Shown here: positions 13,401 to 25,895 of the stretch, one piece after another
Position numbering within the stretch: position 1 is the first letter of the stretch
How the letters are laid out: each line of letters starts with the position of its first letter
Assembly: GCA_012295275.1 (NCBI GenBank)
Contig: CM022672.1
Span: 25,544,001-25,608,000, forward strand
DNA from: Chrysomallon squamiferum
Lineage: Eukaryota > Animalia > Mollusca
Direction: 5' to 3'
Length of the DNA: 64,000 nt
Notes under the pieces: generated by a model
The model's input: only the letters and a program-made list of their open reading frames with translations
The model's database searches: none
What the model was told of the DNA's origin: nothing
Translations under genes and position numbers: made by a program

Positions 13401-14551
13401 TAAAACATTATATAATACAACCTTTGTAGAATAGGAAGCAATTTCTCTATTCTACATATACAACTTGTTTGGTTTTTTTTTGTTCTGCAATTTACACTTG
13501 AAAAGAAAGTAGACCATGACAACCAATGCATTCTCATAAAATGTAGGATTACAGTACAAAGAAGAATGCATTAGAGATATTTAATGACAAAATTAAAATG
13601 CACATCTGGATTAGACAGGTTTTGTTCATAATAGATAACAATAGTTGGACAGGACTTTGAAATGGTGCAGATTTACACACAAATCGAGATTAGTCAAAGG
13701 CCACTTTTCACAGTCCAGTTTGTAACTACATACACAATCTGTTTACAAGACATATATGTAACACAACTTAAAATATTCCATGCATAACTGTGGATGCATT
13801 GGTGATAATAACAGATTCATTTGTTGTGGTAAGTATGAAAATATTTCAAGAGTAAAACAAGTGAAATTAGTAAAAAAAAAGATTAGTGACTGTTATAAAA
13901 ATGTATCATAATTAATCCTTACAACCTATACATTTTACTTTTTTTTAAATGTATTATTGTTCCTTAGTTTTATTTATTTATTTATTTATTTTAATGACTG
14001 TTTGATAATTAGTTAATAACTGTTTGATAATTAGTTAATAACCTATACACCTTTTTCTTATTTTTCTTCTTTTACTTCTTTTACTTGTTAATGCTCTGTA
14101 GTATATTTTATTTATTTATTTATTTTACTGTTTTTACTAAAAGTTTATGACAAGTAGTACTAAGAACCTACACACATTTTTCTTATTTTTCTTTGTTGTT
14201 TCTTTGTTCAGTAATATTATTATTGTTCCCTACATTTATTTATTTATTTATTAGTCTTATTTATATTATTTATCATTTAATTTATTTCACATTTCTTTAT
14301 TTATTTCTTTGATTTATTTATATATATTATTATTATTATTATTATTATTATTTTTTTTTTTATTATTTATTTATGTGTATATTAATTTTTTATACCAGTG
14401 TACACAGGAGGGGAGAGCTGGTGGTACAGTGTGTTTACAAGACAAGAGAGTCTGGCAGGCCTACAATGATGCCGTTGGAGGAATTGTCAGTTGTCCAAAA
14501 ACATTTCTACCTTGCGTGTTGAATTACAAGGTTGAATACATTCAAAACTAG
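7420..14551 (+). CDS. DNASE2: Deoxyribonuclease II (acid DNase / plancitoxin-like), copy 2; complete, 8 coding exons, with signal peptide
   Basis: Exons: 7420-7526 (MSSLIQSVLSIISVIHLSSLSLA-LQCNDLDGKPVDW), 8987-9167 (FMVYKLP), 9657-9735 (MYNDQ...GHTKG), 10228-10389 (GFWLVHSTPRFPP), 10844-11041, 11296-11405, 11721-11846 (DHSKW...CIGDINRQ), 14399-14551 (RAGGTVCL...*). All junctions are GT-AG and phase-compatible. Both HxK catalytic motifs (HTK, HSK) are present. Confidence 0.96.
7625..8314. mobile_element. pogo/Tigger-like MITE remnant in intron 1 of DNase II copy 2; right TIR intact, left TIR eroded
   Basis: The right end ...CTCATAAGTTGAGGTACCACTG is followed by TA (reverse complement CAGTGGTACCTCAACTTATGAG). 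The left part GACTTAGGAGTTTGGTTCGTTCTGTGACCGAGCTCGTA...TTTCCCA...ATTAATCC matches the inner TIR/subterminal pattern of this MITE class. GCTCGTA repeats occur at both ends. Confidence 0.6.
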
Positions 14552-15679
14552 CCTTGAGCATTTTGTAAAATTTTCTGGCATAAACTGGCTTTTCTCATGA
14601 ATGCAGACAAACTGACCATTGCTGGACACAATTGTTTATCAGGGTATGTTTATCTCTTACATTGGCAATGATTATTTTATAAAATTTTGTTTTTAAACTA
14701 AAAATTGTTTTACTATAAAAAAAATTCTTTTTAGTCGCAATTTTGCGGTGGATATTAATTTCACATTTTTACTAATTATTTTGTTTTTATATAAACAACA
14801 ATGTGATGTGATTGTAATTAATATAATTGTTTATCTAAATGTTGTTTGTGAGGTGTCTCTTTTCAGTATTACATTACTTTCCAAATTGTTTGTTTAGATA
14901 GCATCCAAGCAGATTTCTCCATTTTTATAATGCAGTAAAATATACAAATTGTTTTATTCGTTGATTTTTCCTGTTTTTATGTCTTTTTTTTTTTTTTTTA
15001 AATCAGTCATGCTAGACAAAAAATGACAAAACTTAAATAATCAAAATATTTTTTTTTTTTTTTTTTTTTTTTTTTGACATGACCATTTTTGCAAAAGGAA
15101 ATGCATGTACAGAGATACATAATAATGATACATAGCATCACCCCTGTAGCCTTAATAAGTGGAAATTTTGTTTATAAAACTTCATTTTTTATTTTTATAT
15201 ATATTGTAAACAAAATGACAGAAAGAAAATCTTGAGAAAATTAACTAATCTTTTCATATAACCTTTATACAACTTTCTGTTTCAAAATACAAATGAAATT
15301 TTTTTTTTTCCTTTTTTAATTTGAAGTATGTAAACAGACTAATTTCTTTCAGTTATTTTGTAGTTTGAGTGATGTATATATGGAGTGGTTCATAAAATGG
15401 GGTACTGTAATATCCAAAAAAAGCCAAAAATAAAAGAAACAATTTATCATAAAAAACAAAACTAGTACTAGTTTTTTATAGTAACAAGTGGTGATTATTT
15501 CCATCAAGTTTCAATTCTGTAACATTTTAGTGACACATGTTCCCTTGAAAAGGTACAACCAGTAATTAGACTTGACAAGATTTAATTACCTCACTGTAGA
15601 AGGTTGATATTGGAATTTAGATTATAGGAAAAGGCTTTCTTTGGTGAACTTGTTACTTTTACCATCTGAACCAAACACT

Positions 15680-15960
15680 GATTCATCACCATTGCTGTGT
15701 AGGCATCATGTTTTATTTTATGCAGAAGCCTCAGTAGGCTGTTTCTGCATCTTCTTTCTTGCTGGGTTGCCAAACCATTCCTCTCCTATAATCATCCAGT
15801 TCATCCCTCCATTATTTTGCTGTTCCTCCTCTAGATCATTTCTATTCATATAGTTCTCAAGAGGTTTTCGAACTGTCCATCATTTATGTTGTATTCTGCT
15901 GGTCATCAAGTTCCCTTCAATCTTCAAATCTGGTTACTCACCCTTGTGACCTTGGTTTTG
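15680..15960 (-). mobile_element. Decayed 3' end of an RTE-clade non-LTR retrotransposon
   Basis: The minus strand translates across stops and frameshifts as WTVRKPLE...K*SRGGTAK*WRDELDDYRRGMVWQ. This fits the post-RT C-terminal KRxRGRPxxRWxDxL...W motif of RTE LINEs. Confidence 0.55.
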
Positions 15961-18243
15961 TAAAAAATAAAAGCATTCACATCTAAATGTCACTTTAAAA
16001 TTAAGTGGATTCTGTTGCTTCTGTTACAACTAATTTATGACAGATCTATAAAAAAATATGATGACCAGATACATTTCTGTATTTTCTGTCACTGACAAAA
16101 AAATATATAGCTTTTTGAGATGGAGCTGTTTTTATTTTGATAAAAAAAACTTGTTATTTAAATATATATTGTTCAAAGTTACTACAATAGTGTTTAATTG
16201 TTGGGTTAGATCTTAAAAGAGAAATTATGAAAAAGTTTTCATTTAAAAAACAGCAAATAATTTGTAGGTAAAAATAAAATCAGTATACATGAATCTACTA
16301 CTCTTAAGAGTGATGAGTTGAGAAATAAATCAGTTAATTTCATTTAGGATTGCAGGATAAAAGAAATATCTGTTTAATGTCTGAAGGTTTCAGCTTACAC
16401 TTCACAAAGGTTAGAATGATTAATGTTACTCCATATATATCTTTTGAGGAGTAAACTATAAACCGGTTGGACCAGTTTTTAAAATGGTGCACCAAGTATA
16501 AGATCACGCTGTAATAACTTTTTTGTTGTTATTTTTTTTTTTTTTTTTTTTTTTTATCATTCATGTGATAATTTTTCAAACATTTTTTACTTACTGTAGG
16601 TGCCTACTAGCCTACATATGAAAAACATTTTGAAAACTCTTTTGCTCTTTTGTTATATGAAAGATGCACTTGAATACTTCTGAGCGTCTTTGTTTAATTA
16701 GCCAACAACTGGTGATTATTTCATTCTTAAAAAATGTATATATATTTTTTTAATCTGTATATTTGTGTATGTATGTAAAGATATATGTTTCTGAATGTTA
16801 TACTGTAGTAAATTTAAAGATGTAATTATTACAGTTGTGTTATTTATATATTTTTTATTGTTAATGCTTTTATATAATTTCACTTATAAACAGAAAATCC
16901 TCAAAAGACAAAATTATATCAAATGTGTTATTAAGGTTTTTAGTTGAGCTTACTATAACATGCTGAATAACAGTAGTGTATTTCACCTTTTCATTTCACA
17001 TACTTCGAGTCCTTTGAATAAAGAAACCAAAGTTTGTTATCTAAAAATAAATAATGAATAGAAAATCTGGTTGATAATCAGTACTGTGTAATTGTAAATT
17101 TAACTTCTGGACCAAGCACTCTAGTTCATTCCTCCACCCACTGTCTTTGTGGTTCTACTCTAGATCCTTTCCTGTTGTTTAGACTCCAAGTTGTGATATG
17201 TGATGTCCATCATTTATCTTGTTTTGTACTGACAGGCCTGGCAAACAGGTGAGCTTTGTTTTCTCTTTTACTCAGATGTGTTGTGTTGTTTTTTTCATCT
17301 TTTTTTCCTTGGTTGTTACATATGATGTTCAACATACCTTGTTTGTACAGTTGCTAGTTTGTTCTTTAATTGTTGTCCATGTTTCCACACTGTATATCAT
17401 TTCTAGGAGTATATATAAGTAATATACTGGTTATGTTTTTACTTTATCTGGGACGCAGACAAATAATTACTGTTTAAAAATTGTTATTTGAAAGTTGTTT
17501 TGAAACATATAAAGTAAAACATATTTGCAGATCAGATGACAATGTATTATTTTATTTTTTATTTTTTTCTTATCTGACCTTATTTGTGGAGATTAATGCT
17601 AGTAAATTGTGATAATCCTTTTGTTTACGGTTGTCATTAAATGAAAATTAACAGAAAAAACTACCAGTTGTTAGTAATAATTTTACAGGGACTTTTGCCT
17701 TAAATTGTATTACAAGGTAATTATTTTGATTATTCTTGATTTTATCATTTACTGACTTGTATAATATTGATGTGTATTTAAATAACCTTTTTTTATTTAT
17801 TTGTTTTAAAAAAGAAAATGTTATTCAGTAAATAATAGTCATTTCATTACCATTCATATATTTTAAGGTTTCAGAGAGAGCATTATTTTAAGTTTTAATT
17901 TTAATTTTTTTTTTTAAATGATCTGTAATTTATCCCTCAGTAGGAATCTGAAATTTTATTTTTTATATAAAATTAAATAAATTTTATTGATTAATCCTTT
18001 ACTTTGGTACATTTATTTTTTATAATACAAAATGACTTTATTTTAATACTTTTAGTTCATATAAACTGCACTAAATATCAGTTTTATTTATAATATTTTC
18101 AGATATTTAATTTTATTATGCGTTTTTGTAGAGTTTTTTTAAACTTTGTCCAAGTTAATGCATTACAGAGAAAAATAAAATGGATAATCTCACACAGTTG
18201 TATATCATTTTGTGATTATTTATTATTATATATCTTTTAAACT

Positions 18244-18244
<1 letters not shown>

Positions 18245-18307
<63 letters not shown>

Positions 18308-18326
18308 AGAGAGAGAGAGAGAGAGA
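18245..18326. repeat. (GT)n plus (GA)n compound microsatellite
   Basis: Read directly from the sequence. Confidence 0.95.
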
Positions 18327-19483
18327 TTAAACAGATTTGGGATACTATCTGGTTAATTTGGAGATTTCTACCCAATAGCAGCTATGAATCTGGATAAATG
18401 AAAACATGATTACAAGAAACTAGGAAGGAAAGATAAAATGTAAAATAAAGAGATACGGGGTTTAAAACTGCATTTGGAAATTGATATTAATGATGATGCC
18501 AAAGCTAATTGCATTTGGTAATGTCTTACTAAAAAGATATATAATGTATTTTTGCCGAACATGAGAAAATGGGAATGAATAGAGCAATAGTGGCAATAAG
18601 AAATAGTTCGGAGGCACTGTTTCATGTTGGCCTAAATTTATATTTCCTGATAAACACTTCTGGATTGCTGTTTCACTTATTCATTTAAACAATTTATTGT
18701 AACTAGCATTACATTTCCAAAATCATTTAACAATGCTTTCTATTTGAATTTTAATAATTTCTATTTATTCACATTATATAATATGTAATATAAATCAGTT
18801 AAAAATAATTATAAAATAGACAAAATATGATAAAACAATGACTGAACAGTTTGTTCTGTTATGGTAAAAGAACAAAGTTTAGGACCCTGGCCCCAAATCA
18901 TATTTTATTTAACTTTTAGCAAAGCTGTAAAAAAAAAAAAAATGTGTATATTTTATAAATAATGTCAATGGTATCACATAAACAAATGAATAATAAACAA
19001 ACACAAAGGCATGATCACTTTTCATGTATAGAATTTGTAACATATTAACTGGACTGCAGAGTAATCTTATCCTAGAAATTAAAATATGTGTTTAGTATAC
19101 ATGTAAAATGAAGTAAATAGATACAAAACTCTTCTTAATACTTATGAGAGAAAACCCACAGCATCCTGTACTATAAGTAAATTGTCAAAATATTTAAGTC
19201 CAAGAAATTAGTCCGTGGAAGTTTTAATCATTAATGTCCATACATTTTGTTTCTAAGTCTACAACATGGTTTAACCGATACATTTCAGTCTAATAATACC
19301 TGTTGCTAAGAACATAACCTTGTAGTACTTCTATATACACACTTATGTTTGGAATTCTGTGCATGCTGTTAGTTTGTTGAGATAATTTAATAATAAATAC
19401 AATTTATATTCAATACGACTTGGCACAACCAGGGAGAGTAAAATGTTATTAAGACAAACATCAATGGATTGGTTTGTGTAATC

Positions 19484-19797
19484 ATATTCAAAATGTGCAG
19501 ATACTAATGTACTAAGAAACAAGCCAGTAATGTAATTTTCAAAATGTATAGATGTAATAAAAATGCCTGAAAACAGCTGTTAAGGCACATTTTAAAATGT
19601 GTAGATATACCAGAATACCAAGAAGGAAGTTGCTGTCATTCTCAGAATGTGTAAATATAATGAAAGGCATTAAAATAGCTAGTAATGTTATTCAGTTTCA
19701 AAAGGTAAAGATATACTAAAATACCAGGAAATAGTGATTGTTATATTCAAACAGTGTGCACAGATCTACTCAAATACTATAAAATAGCTAGTAATTT
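19484..19797. repeat. Degenerate tandem repeat, about 6 units of 50-56 bp, downstream of PCS copy 1
   Basis: A TTCAAAATGTGTAGATATAC-like core recurs at ~19487, 19538, 19591, 19641, 19697 and 19747. Each is followed by AATAC/ATGC...AAA.AGC...GTAATGT-like sequence. Confidence 0.65.
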
Positions 19798-20092
19798 TTA
19801 TTATTAATTTATTTAATTTTATTAATTTTATTATTTTTATTTATTAATTTTTTTAATTTTTATTTTATTATTATTATTTTATTTTTTATTATTTCATTTA
19901 TATATATAAATTATGTTTATCAATTAGCCTTTCTTTGTTTTGTTTTTTGTTTTTTGTTCTTTTTAATCATTTGCAAAACGTATAATGATAGTTAAAACAC
20001 GTCATCAAAATTAACACTCGAATTATCATTCCCATCACTCGTCATTCGGAGATCTGTTATTCAGGCATAAGAATTTCTAAATGGGAGAATTT

Positions 20093-21573
20093 TCATCTAG
20101 GCATGACACAGGCTTTGCTTTTACACACGTACTTTTCTCTAAACTTAAAAACAACCAACAGCTGCTCTCTCAGTGCGCAGATTTCTGACTCAAGAGTAGT
20201 TTCCGGGGGGTTCTCGTTGGTTTTGTTGTTCGAACACCCGGTAAAACATACCGGACACGCGTCACCTTCGCAAACATCCGGCCAAGACATTAGAAGAATC
20301 GACGCCAGATGCTGCACGCGAAGTCTGGCGTAAACAGAACATGTCACACTTCGTTCCAGCAATGGAAATATCGTCGACAGCTTCTCTTTTTTGTCAGCTT
20401 CTAGATTTTCAATAACGTTGACCATTTCTGCAAAGACTGTTGTTGATTCAAGTTCATGAACTAAACGACCTATGAAACACTTTTGTTGCTCGGCTATATC
20501 TGTGGGACATTTAATTTCCTGCTGAAGGGTCAACAAACTGATTCCAGAATTCAGACGCAGAAGAGACTGAACGAATTCGTGGACTGTCTCATGTAACAGT
20601 GTCGCCGTAACCCCGCCACCGTCTTTTCTCACTTCACTGATGAGACTGCGCGTCGAATGATGCATTCTGAGCCAGGAATTCCAACCCTTGATAAAACCTG
20701 ACACACTTTCTAACTGATGCTGTCGAGAACGGATACTCATGTGTTCAGAAAGACGAAATAAGACAAGCATGTTTCTGCCGCTTCTAGACATTTTCATAAA
20801 TCCACGCGGAAAGCCTGCAGAATGTAAAATAAACTTAATTAGCAAATGTACACTCAGATATAGATAAAGATACACAGATATATTTATGTACATATACGCA
20901 CATTGTAAAGAGAGAAAACATATATACCAGTATCTTTGTCTATTGCTTTCATCGCCTCGAAGATAAGAGTCAGCGATACCCAGTGAGGAGGATACTTGAA
21001 TCTGGCTAAATCTAGAATAAGAAGTAGATCCTTTTCAGGGTGATATCCTCCTAGAGGGGAAAAATGCCCTTCTCCTGTTTGACCGAGAACCGGTCTGGAA
21101 TAGGATAATGCTAGAAAGGCATCGTCTCGTTTGCTGTACTCCTTCACCACCTCTCTGAACATTTCCTCTGTGACATGCTCGTCTATTCGTGTTACTTCCA
21201 CATTCAACGAGTTACAAGTGCCAATACAAACAAATTCATCAATGTTTATTCCCTTCTTTTGTATAAGATCGAGCGGCACGCAACAATTTAGCATGTCTTC
21301 GTGATACCACCGCCATGGGTCCTTCCAAACTTTTCCAGGGTCAATATCTAGAGCGTTTAGAACGACCACAAGCGTCGTGAGACCGCAGTAAGCAGGTTCG
21401 TCCTGGGTTCGAAACTGGGAGGCAAGTTTGAAGTAACAGTCCATATGTCCCGTGGCCAAGGCTTCGGCAAATAACTGTTTTCCCATGTCGGAACAAAATG
21501 AAATGCATTTGTCGGGCAGTTTTCTTCTGTAGAACTGTTTCGGTGACGTCTGTCCATCAGTTATATTGGACAT
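20093..21573 (-). CDS. PCS: Phytochelatin synthase (glutathione gamma-glutamylcysteinyltransferase), copy 1, canonical type, 455 aa
   Basis: Exons 21573-20928 and 20814-20093 with a 113-bp phase-1 GT-AG intron. Motifs: FYRRKLP, QFRTQDEPAYCGL (catalytic Cys), WKDPWRWYHEDMLNCC, QTGEGHFSP (His), LILDLARFKYPPHW (Asp). Cys-containing C-terminal domain (CEGDACPVCFTGC). Confidence 0.96.
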
Positions 21574-21592
21574 CGTTTTGGCGAGGATTTCT

Positions 21593-21638
<46 letters not shown>

Positions 21639-21669
21639 TAATAATAATAATTATAATTATAATAATAAT

Positions 21670-21981
21670 CAGTGATGGAAATGGGTTTTGAGACTAGGGA
21701 AACGCAAAGGTCCGCAGGGTCGAGGCGGAGAAGAAGAAAGGGTAGACGCTGAAACCTATTTTAAATCGTTATTGGTCTGAAGAATCAGTATTTTTATTTA
21801 TCTCTGAATGCTCTTTTTGCACAAGTCTGAAATTACTAGATATTTGATAATGATATATAATAAAATAGTTCCACTTACACTACTGCTTTGTTAACTAAAC
21901 GTCGTCTCTTGACTCCAAAATATTATAACAACTGGAAACTAAGTACGGGAGAATATGCGTAGCACTCCATTTCCATCACTG
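21670..21981. mobile_element. 312-bp MITE-like element (hAT-like CAGTGATGG ends) inserted into an (AAT)n tract just upstream of PCS copy 1
   Basis: CAGTGATGGAAATGG at 21670-21684 and its exact reverse complement CCATTTCCATCACTG at 21967-21981. Trinucleotide repeats flank both sides, so the TSD cannot be read. Confidence 0.65.
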
Positions 21982-22013
21982 ATGATGATGATGACTATGA
22001 CGACGACCACGAC

Positions 22014-22063
<50 letters not shown>

Positions 22064-22121
22064 CATCATTATTCGGTAATATTTAGATTACCTCTTGTTA
22101 GATGTTTTACTCAGTATTATG

Positions 22122-22122
22122 C

Positions 22123-22206
<84 letters not shown>
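22122..22206. repeat. (CT)n microsatellite
   Basis: Read directly from the sequence. Confidence 0.95.
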
Positions 22207-22211
<5 letters not shown>

Positions 22212-25015
22212 TGTTTCTTTTACTGCTAATACAGAAAAAAAAAGGACATATAAAACTGTAAAAATCCACTTTCGGTTGATTTATCATAACCAGTTTTTCC
22301 ACTAGCGCGATAATCGGTCCCAAGCATTGTAACAGAATTAGATCTAATGAGTTGAGCCATTTTAAAATTTTTTTATTATTGTTGTTGTTGAAAACGACAG
22401 CAAGCATTAAACAAGCGAAAAACGCCTACTAACAAGGGCTAGCCCTGAATTGGAAGATAATAAATAATGAAGTTATTATAGTTGTTGTTGTTGTCTGGAT
22501 AATTATTAAATGGCTGTTGGCTTGAATAAACTGCAAACACATTGTTATAAATCTTTAAATTTATACACCCCGCTTTTAAAAGCAACAAACCAAACATAAG
22601 CTTTTATTTGGATATATACTAATGTATATTATGAATAGATACGTAGAAAGAGAAATAGAACCTATATTATTGTTGTTGTTGTGATTACTGTTGATGGTGG
22701 TGATTTGAATAAACGATTTTCACAGTTAAATGAGGAAGATAAATACGTATATTACCTAAAGATACTACATTTGTTGATATGTAAAATATGAAAAGAAAAC
22801 TTATAAATTTGACGTTAACCGATTAACGTTAATCTATTATATTTTTTCTCATTTAGGTCAGGTATATTGGTTTATGGCTTTGAAAAGCTCTAAAAACAAA
22901 CAGGTTATTAACTTGATCTATTTCCATCATTAGTTATTTTATTTAATTTTATTTTTAATTTCGTTTTATTATTATTATTATTATCGATTTATAATGACAG
23001 AACGAGAAATATTTTTTAATAAAACAAGAAACATGAAGTGAGTGCCTGCAGGTATGTGCATGGGTAATATTAACAGATACGTGACAGACTGGATAGTGTT
23101 AGCTTTGCTGATGAAAGGTGTCCTCCAAACACCGGATTCTAATCTGGATTAGATTTTCTACTTATAGTTAATTATTATTAAGTAATAATAATTTTGGATA
23201 TTTGGTATCTTTTATATAAACATATCTGACATCTTCCTGTACCTTTTTCTTTTCGTTGTTGGCAGTTTAGTAGAAAATCCAGTACAATAAATACGTGTTA
23301 GAGACTATTTGCTTTTACCGTGACTGAAATCAGAAACGAGGCTGAACATGCTAGAATTGTAAATGATCCATCAAAGTACATTTTACACAATACTTACACA
23401 GTCAATAGTTTGATAATTTGTATCATAAATGAATTAATGGGAATATATCTTAGGTATAATAAGCAAACCGAAAATGACTTACTGTTGGCTGCCGATAAGA
23501 ACCGACACAAATTGTTCCGCATACGAGGACTACTTTAGCAATGAACCAACCGTGAATCCAACAAGCGAAACGGTTTTACCCTTTTTTTTATTATTACTTA
23601 GTCGAATGGAGTTTGCATAATGGTCGCTATTTTTAGAACAGATATTTGCTGTGAATAAGTAGAAATTTTTATTAGGTATGCGCTATAAAGTTTGAGTGTG
23701 TCGTATAATGTACATTTTTGTTACGTTATTATTTTGTCTCGGGGAATCCCATTTCGTGATGGGACGTTCTCCTATACGGCCTGGATTTATTCGTGAGAGT
23801 TAAGTTAGTTAACCGTGGCGTTTTTTCAGAAATGAAATTCTTTGTTACAAGTTGTAAATTATTACTAGATATGAATATAAAAATTATATTTTTATATTTA
23901 TAATACAAGATTTTATTTGTTTATTTATTATTAGTATTATTGCCGTCGTCGTCATCTACGTTATTATCATACAGTTTGCAATGACAAATCATGGGGAACT
24001 TCAGCGATCTATTTTAAAAGAAAAACAACTAACTGTTTTCATGTCTAGATTGGATAAAATAAACCTAAATCTATAGTTACAACTGCAGTGCATTCATGAA
24101 TTATCTGACAGCTGTCACTGTTGTAACAGCTGTTACGGTTCTTGTTTTCTGATGTATCGTGTCACATATATACAAATTATATTTTTAATATAAAAATAAT
24201 AAATGAGATATATAATCACTGTAATATAGACACTGTCACTGTTATTACTATTATTAATACTGTTGCAACTACTTTCACATTTACTAGAAAAATAACGACC
24301 ACAACTGCAGCTACTCCGGTCACTGTTATAACATCTACTACTTCTGTAATACTGCTAGTATAATAACTACACCACTAAAACAACTACCATTACTAGTACA
24401 ACAATTACTGATGAAGCAACAAGTAAACTACTGTTGCATCTACTTCTGCAGTTACTACAGTGACATCTTCCGCTTCAGCAACATTTTTGAAATATTAAAA
24501 ATTGATATCAGGAAAAAAATTAGTCCTTATATTTACTTACAGCTTTGTATATTTGAATTCCAAATTATATATATAAATTATTGTTATTGTTTCTTTTTTC
24601 ATGAATGAGATTAATGTTAAACCTAATTTTTCTTATTATTTATTTATTATTATTATTATTATTATTCTGATGCAAAGCAAGTTTAAGATTTTTCTTTATA
24701 TACATATTAAAAATAAAAGCTAAACAAGAGTAATAATTTTATTTTAGTTTATAATTTATTTTTTATTATTTTATATATAAGTAAATAAAAACAATAAAAA
24801 ATAAATTATAAATTAAAATTATATATATATATATATATTTCTCTTTTGTTTAATTCATAATTACTATAGGAAGTGTTCAGTCATAAAAGTTTAAATATTA
24901 ATTAATTAATTAATTAATATATCGTTTTCAATATTGTTTCTCTCTACGTGATGAAATGTAACCCATTATTATTATAAAAAGTATTGCATTGTTAGTAAGT
25001 GAAAGGACCCCATCC

Positions 25016-25854
25016 TCAGTAACAACAAGCTTGTTTATGCATTATTTCGTTAATAAAATTAAATAGATATTTGTTAAGGGATACGAGTTCCATTTCCATT
25101 AGCTCAGTGTAAAGATGTGAAAAGATATTTCCGTTCACTCCGGATTTGTTCATGTGTGAGCCTGGCTGAGGCGCCAGAGGCCAGCTTGCCAGGAGAAATG
25201 AAATAAAATGAGCTAAATTTAGCTGCCTGTAGATGGGGCAGTTCCCTACACACCGATCTTTGTTGACTGGGAATAAATTATACAATGTGTCTTTTTCTGT
25301 TGGCGTGAAAGCAGAAACTATCGTTTTCACATCGTTATAAATCGGAAGTCGTTCTGTTTGATTCAACACACTTAGCGGGAAACTTTCCTTATAGTACTGT
25401 TCTTTCGTTGGACATACGTCATGTTGTTGATTTGTTAGAAGTGTGATGTCGTGATCCAGATGAAGCAAAGCCAGGACGAATTCTTCGCACCCGAAGAACA
25501 CAGCAGGATCTCTGTTTGTTATCCAGTTATCATAGTGCCTCAGAAGCCACGAGTGCCAGCGTTCTATGAACGATTTCAACGATTCCCGTTGTGATGATTT
25601 CAGTCTTCCAGACAGTGACGCTCCTGGTTTATATAGCACCAGCGGTGGCATTGTATGTCTCGATAGCTCGAGAATTCCCCTCGGTTTACCTGTTAAACAT
25701 ATTATTTATTTTATATAATATCATTTAAAAAACAACAACAAATACACACACTCTTACATAAATAATGAAAAAGAGCGAACAGGGTCATTGTGTTGGTTAA
25801 TACTTACGATACTGACACGGAAGAGATATTTGTTTAAATGACAATGAGTTAAGA

Positions 25855-25895
<41 letters not shown>

